A stretch of DNA of 64,000 bases. Origin: Terriglobia bacterium. GTDB lineage: Bacteria; Acidobacteriota; Polarisedimenticolia; Polarisedimenticolales; JAIQFR01. Shown here piece by piece: positions 59,523 to 64,000 of the stretch. Made by a program: the position numbers and the translations under genes. The DNA lies in contig CAVVHE010000009.1 in assembly GCA_963748015.1 (NCBI GenBank), positions 160,001-224,000 of the forward strand, in the 5' to 3' direction. Under the pieces are notes generated by a model that saw only the letters and a list, made by a program, of their open reading frames with translations, made no database searches and had not been told where the DNA came from. Position 1 is the stretch's first letter; the number at the start of each line of letters is the position of its first letter.

Positions 59523-60866
59523 CTAGCCCGACCTTCGGGTCGCCACCCCCAGCACGAGCCCGCCGAGCACGGCGGCGGTCGCCGACGCGAGGAGGATCCC
59601 GACCTTCGCCGACGCGAGGAGCGGACCCTCGAACGCCAGCCCGGCGATGAACAGAGACATCGTGAACCCGACCCCGCCGATGAGGGCGACCCCCAGGACG
59701 TGCGGCCATCCCACGCGTTCGGGAAGCGCCGCCCATCCCAGCCGGACCGCGAGCCACGAGAACAGGGAGATCCCCACGGTCTTGCCGACGACGAGGCCGA
59801 GGATGATCCCGAGAGGCGCCGGCTTGGACACGGCCGTCCAGAGGCCTCCCTCGAAGGCGACGCCGGCGTTGAAGAACGCGAAGACCGGCATGATGAAGTA
59901 CATGACCCACGGGTGGAGGCCGTGCTCCATCCGCTGCGCCGGCGGCGCGGCCTGCCGGCAAGCTTTCTCCACCTCGTGAAGCGCTTCTTGTTGCTCCGCG
60001 TTCGTGAGCAGGTCTCTTCCGGGAATGCTGTTGCGCTCGAAGGCGTCGAGGCTGGCGCGGTTGCGCGCGACGAAAGCCCCGCCGTCGATGCGCGATCGCG
60101 AGGGAATCGTCAGGGCGAGGAGGACACCGGCGACCGTGGGGTGCACCCCCGACTCGAGCACCGCGAGCCACAGGCCGACGCCGAACAGCGCATAGATGAG
60201 CGGCTTCGTCACCCGCGCCCGGTTCGCCGCCACCAGCAGCACGAAGAAGCCGGCCGCGACCAGAAGCGCCGCCTTGTTCATGCCCGACGTGTAGAAGAAC
60301 GCGATCACGAGCACCGCGCCCAGGTCGTCCGCGATCGCGAGCGCCACCAGGAAGACCTTGAGGCCCGTGGGGATCCGCGAGCCGAACAGGGTCAGGACCC
60401 CGAGGGCGAAGGCGATGTCGGTCGCCATCGGAATGCCCCAGCCGGCGGACGCCGCGGTTCCCGCGTTGAGGGACGCGTAGATCGCGGCGGGCACGAGCAT
60501 GCCCCCGAGGGCCGCCACGATCGGAAGCGCGGCCTTCCGGGGAGACGACAGCTCTCCGACGAGGGTCTCCCGCTTGATCTCGAGGCCGACCACGAAGAAG
60601 AAGAGCGCCATCAGGCCGTCGTTGATCCAGAGGAGGAGCGGCTCCGAGAGGCTCCACGGCCCGAGCGAGATCGTGATGCTCGCGTTGGCGATGGCGAAGT
60701 AGAGGTCGCCCTTCGGCGAGTTCGCCCAGGTCAGCGCCGCGAGGGTGCAGCACAGCAGGAGGATGCCCGCCGACGCCTCGATCCGCGCGAAGTCGCGGAA
60801 TGGCCGGGCGAGCCATTCCGCGGGTGTCACGTCTGCGGTATTATTCGACGAATCGTTAATCCGCAT
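59523..60866 (-). CDS. nhaA: Na+/H+ antiporter NhaA
   Basis: WINDGLMALFF, GLEIKRE, GWGIPMATDIAF, ALAIADDLGA, GVHPT, GFTMSLFI; AGGAGG RBS. Confidence 0.95.
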   Translation of the reverse strand: MRINDSSNNTADVTPAEWLARPFRDFARIEASAGILLLCCTLAALTWANSPKGDLYFAIANASITISLGPWSLSEPLLLWINDGLMALFFFVVGLEIKRETLVGELSSPRKAALPIVAALGGMLVPAAIYASLNAGTAASAGWGIPMATDIAFALGVLTLFGSRIPTGLKVFLVALAIADDLGAVLVIAFFYTSGMNKAALLVAAGFFVLLVAANRARVTKPLIYALFGVGLWLAVLESGVHPTVAGVLLALTIPSRSRIDGGAFVARNRASLDAFERNSIPGRDLLTNAEQQEALHEVEKACRQAAPPAQRMEHGLHPWVMYFIMPVFAFFNAGVAFEGGLWTAVSKPAPLGIILGLVVGKTVGISLFSWLAVRLGWAALPERVGWPHVLGVALIGGVGFTMSLFIAGLAFEGPLLASAKVGILLASATAAVLGGLVLGVATRRSG

Positions 60867-61080
60867 GCAGCCTCCTACCTGGTAGTTTTCCCAGGGGGGA
60901 CGGGTCGACCCGAATCTTCGCCCGGCCGGTCCGGTCCGGGCAAGGGGATCGCGTGGGGAACCGAAAAGTGTCGCGCGATCCGTCGCCTCCTCGAGGCGAT
61001 GCCGGCACCTCCGTCCCCGCCCGGTGCCTGGAAGGGGTGCGTCCGACGACAACGCCCGCAAAGGGGCCAGGAGATTCGAC

Positions 61081-62489
<1,409 letters not shown>

Positions 62490-62493
<4 letters not shown>

Positions 62494-63011
62494 ACCGCTT
62501 CCCGGTTTTCTTCCTCGCGCTTCTCGCGGCCGCCGTCCTCGGCTCGGCGCCTGACGTCGCCGGCGAGCCGCCGGCGGCGCCCGATGTCTGGCGCACGTTC
62601 CAGGGGAGCTGGTCCGGCGTGGGCACGCGGCACACGTTGCCGACGGAAGGCGATCGCCCGGCGGTCATCATCCGGGTGACGGGCGCCATCGTGATCGCGA
62701 GCGGCGAGGGACTGGGCCGCGGCTTCCAGGGCGAGGCGATCTACTTCGACGACGGCCGGGGTCTCGGCGTCGGACGGGCGGTGTGGACCGACGACCGCGG
62801 CGACAAGATCTTCAGCGAGCTGAAAGGCGAGCCGGCGCAGACGGGCCGGCGCGTCGCCGGTACCCTTACCGGAGGGACGGGGCGCTACGCGGGGCTGACC
62901 GGCGAGTACTCCCTGACCTGGCAGTACGTCGTCCAGTCCGAGGAGGGTGTGATCCAGAGCCGGTCCGCGGATCTCAAGGGGATGTTCCGCCTCGGTGGGG
63001 CGCCGCGATGA
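62490..63011 (+). CDS. Secreted hypothetical beta-rich protein
   Basis: ATGA-coupled to aspA and to the DASS gene; signal peptide; GDKIF...GGTGRYAGLTG motif. Confidence 0.7.
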
Positions 63012-64000
63012 GCGCCGGGAACGACGGTCGGCGCCGCCTCCTCGCCCGCGGCGCCACGCTGGCCCTGGCCCTCGGAATCTGGTCCTGCCCGGTGCCGGAG
63101 GGCTTGACCGCCCCGGCGTGGCATCTCTTCGCCCTCTTCGTCTCGGCGATCTTCGCGGTCATCGTGAGCGCCTTCCCCGTGCTCACGTCTTCCGTCCTCG
63201 CCCTGGCGGCGGCCGTGCTCACCGGGACCCTGTCCCCCGCCAAGGCCTACTCGGGGTTCGCGAACGGGACGATCCTCCTCATCGTAGTCGCGTTCCTGGT
63301 GGCGCGCGCCGTGGTCAAGTGCGGGCTCGGACAGCGCCTAGGACACATGGTCGTGAGCCTCTTCGGGCGCTCGACGCTCGGCCTGTCGTACAGCATCTTC
63401 GTCGTGGACGGCGTGATCGCGCCGGCGTTCCCGAGCAACACCGCCCGGGCCGGCGTTCTCTATCCCCTGGTCTTCTCCCTCACGGAAGCGGCGGGGGTGA
63501 AGCCCGGCGACGCGGGGCGCAAGCGGCTCGGGAGCTTCCTGATGTTCTCCGGCGTGGCGAGCCTCTCCCTCTCGTCGGCGCTCTGGTTCACCGCGATGGC
63601 CGCGAACCCGCTCGGGGCCGAGATGGCGCAAGCCTTCGGCCTCAAGATGTCCTTCGGCTCCTGGCTCATCGCCTCCTCGGTGCCGACCCTCGCGGCGATG
63701 GTGCTGATGCCGCTGCTCCTCTACAAGGTCCTCTCTCCCGAGGTCAAGGCCACGCCGGAAGCGCCGGCCGCCGCGAGGAAAGCGCTCCGGGCGCTCGGAC
63801 CGCTCGGCCGGGACGAGAAGATCGTAACCGCCGCCTTCGTCGGCATGGTGGCTCTCTGGGGGCTCGCCGGCACGCTGCACCTGGACTCGACCGCCGTGGC
63901 GTTCCTGGGCCTCGGCGTCCTCCTCGCCACGCGGGTCCTGACGCTCGAGGACATCGCGAAGGAGGGGGACGTCCTCGCGACGTTCATCTGGTTCGCTGTG
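63008..64000 (+). CDS. DASS-family dicarboxylate/anion transporter; truncated by the window edge
   Basis: My translation (not in the ORF track): PEGLTAPAWHLFALF, YSGFAN, GLGQRLG, FGRSTLGLSY, APAFPSNTARAG, LWFTAMAANP. Confidence 0.9.
   Translation, partial: MSAGNDGRRRLLARGATLALALGIWSCPVPEGLTAPAWHLFALFVSAIFAVIVSAFPVLTSSVLALAAAVLTGTLSPAKAYSGFANGTILLIVVAFLVARAVVKCGLGQRLGHMVVSLFGRSTLGLSYSIFVVDGVIAPAFPSNTARAGVLYPLVFSLTEAAGVKPGDAGRKRLGSFLMFSGVASLSLSSALWFTAMAANPLGAEMAQAFGLKMSFGSWLIASSVPTLAAMVLMPLLLYKVLSPEVKATPEAPAAARKALRALGPLGRDEKIVTAAFVGMVALWGLAGTLHLDSTAVAFLGLGVLLATRVLTLEDIAKEGDVLATFIWFAV

Overview
High-GC, gene-dense chromosomal window from a diderm bacterium (it encodes TamA/BamA-type and TolC-type outer-membrane proteins; an Acidobacteriota/Myxococcota-like origin is only my inference from gene content). 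Left to right: the end of a sigma-54 activator with its sensor kinase, envelope proteins, rubrerythrin, an M16B peptidase pair, a PurF lacking Cys1, a cyclophilin, a six-gene Ehr (hydrogenase-4-like complex without Ni-Fe ligands), a glyoxylate shunt with a long mycobacterial ICL2-like isocitrate lyase, a DUF4920/PepSY/cytochrome c trio, a GT4-fusion + GH130 pair, stomatin, a 2037-aa TamB-TamA fusion, and a ~22 kb transport/pH-homeostasis block (TAXI, AspT, phosphoketolase, DUF2490, RND pump, PPK2, SulP, VIT1, K+ channel, NhaA, AspA, DASS). Two segments (26.4-30.2 kb and 44.7-47.1 kb) carry many frameshifts, and three other genes have one frameshift each; consensus error is the simplest explanation. 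I saw no complete rRNA, tRNA, CRISPR array, transposase or integrase. All product calls come from recognising motifs by eye, not from database searches.
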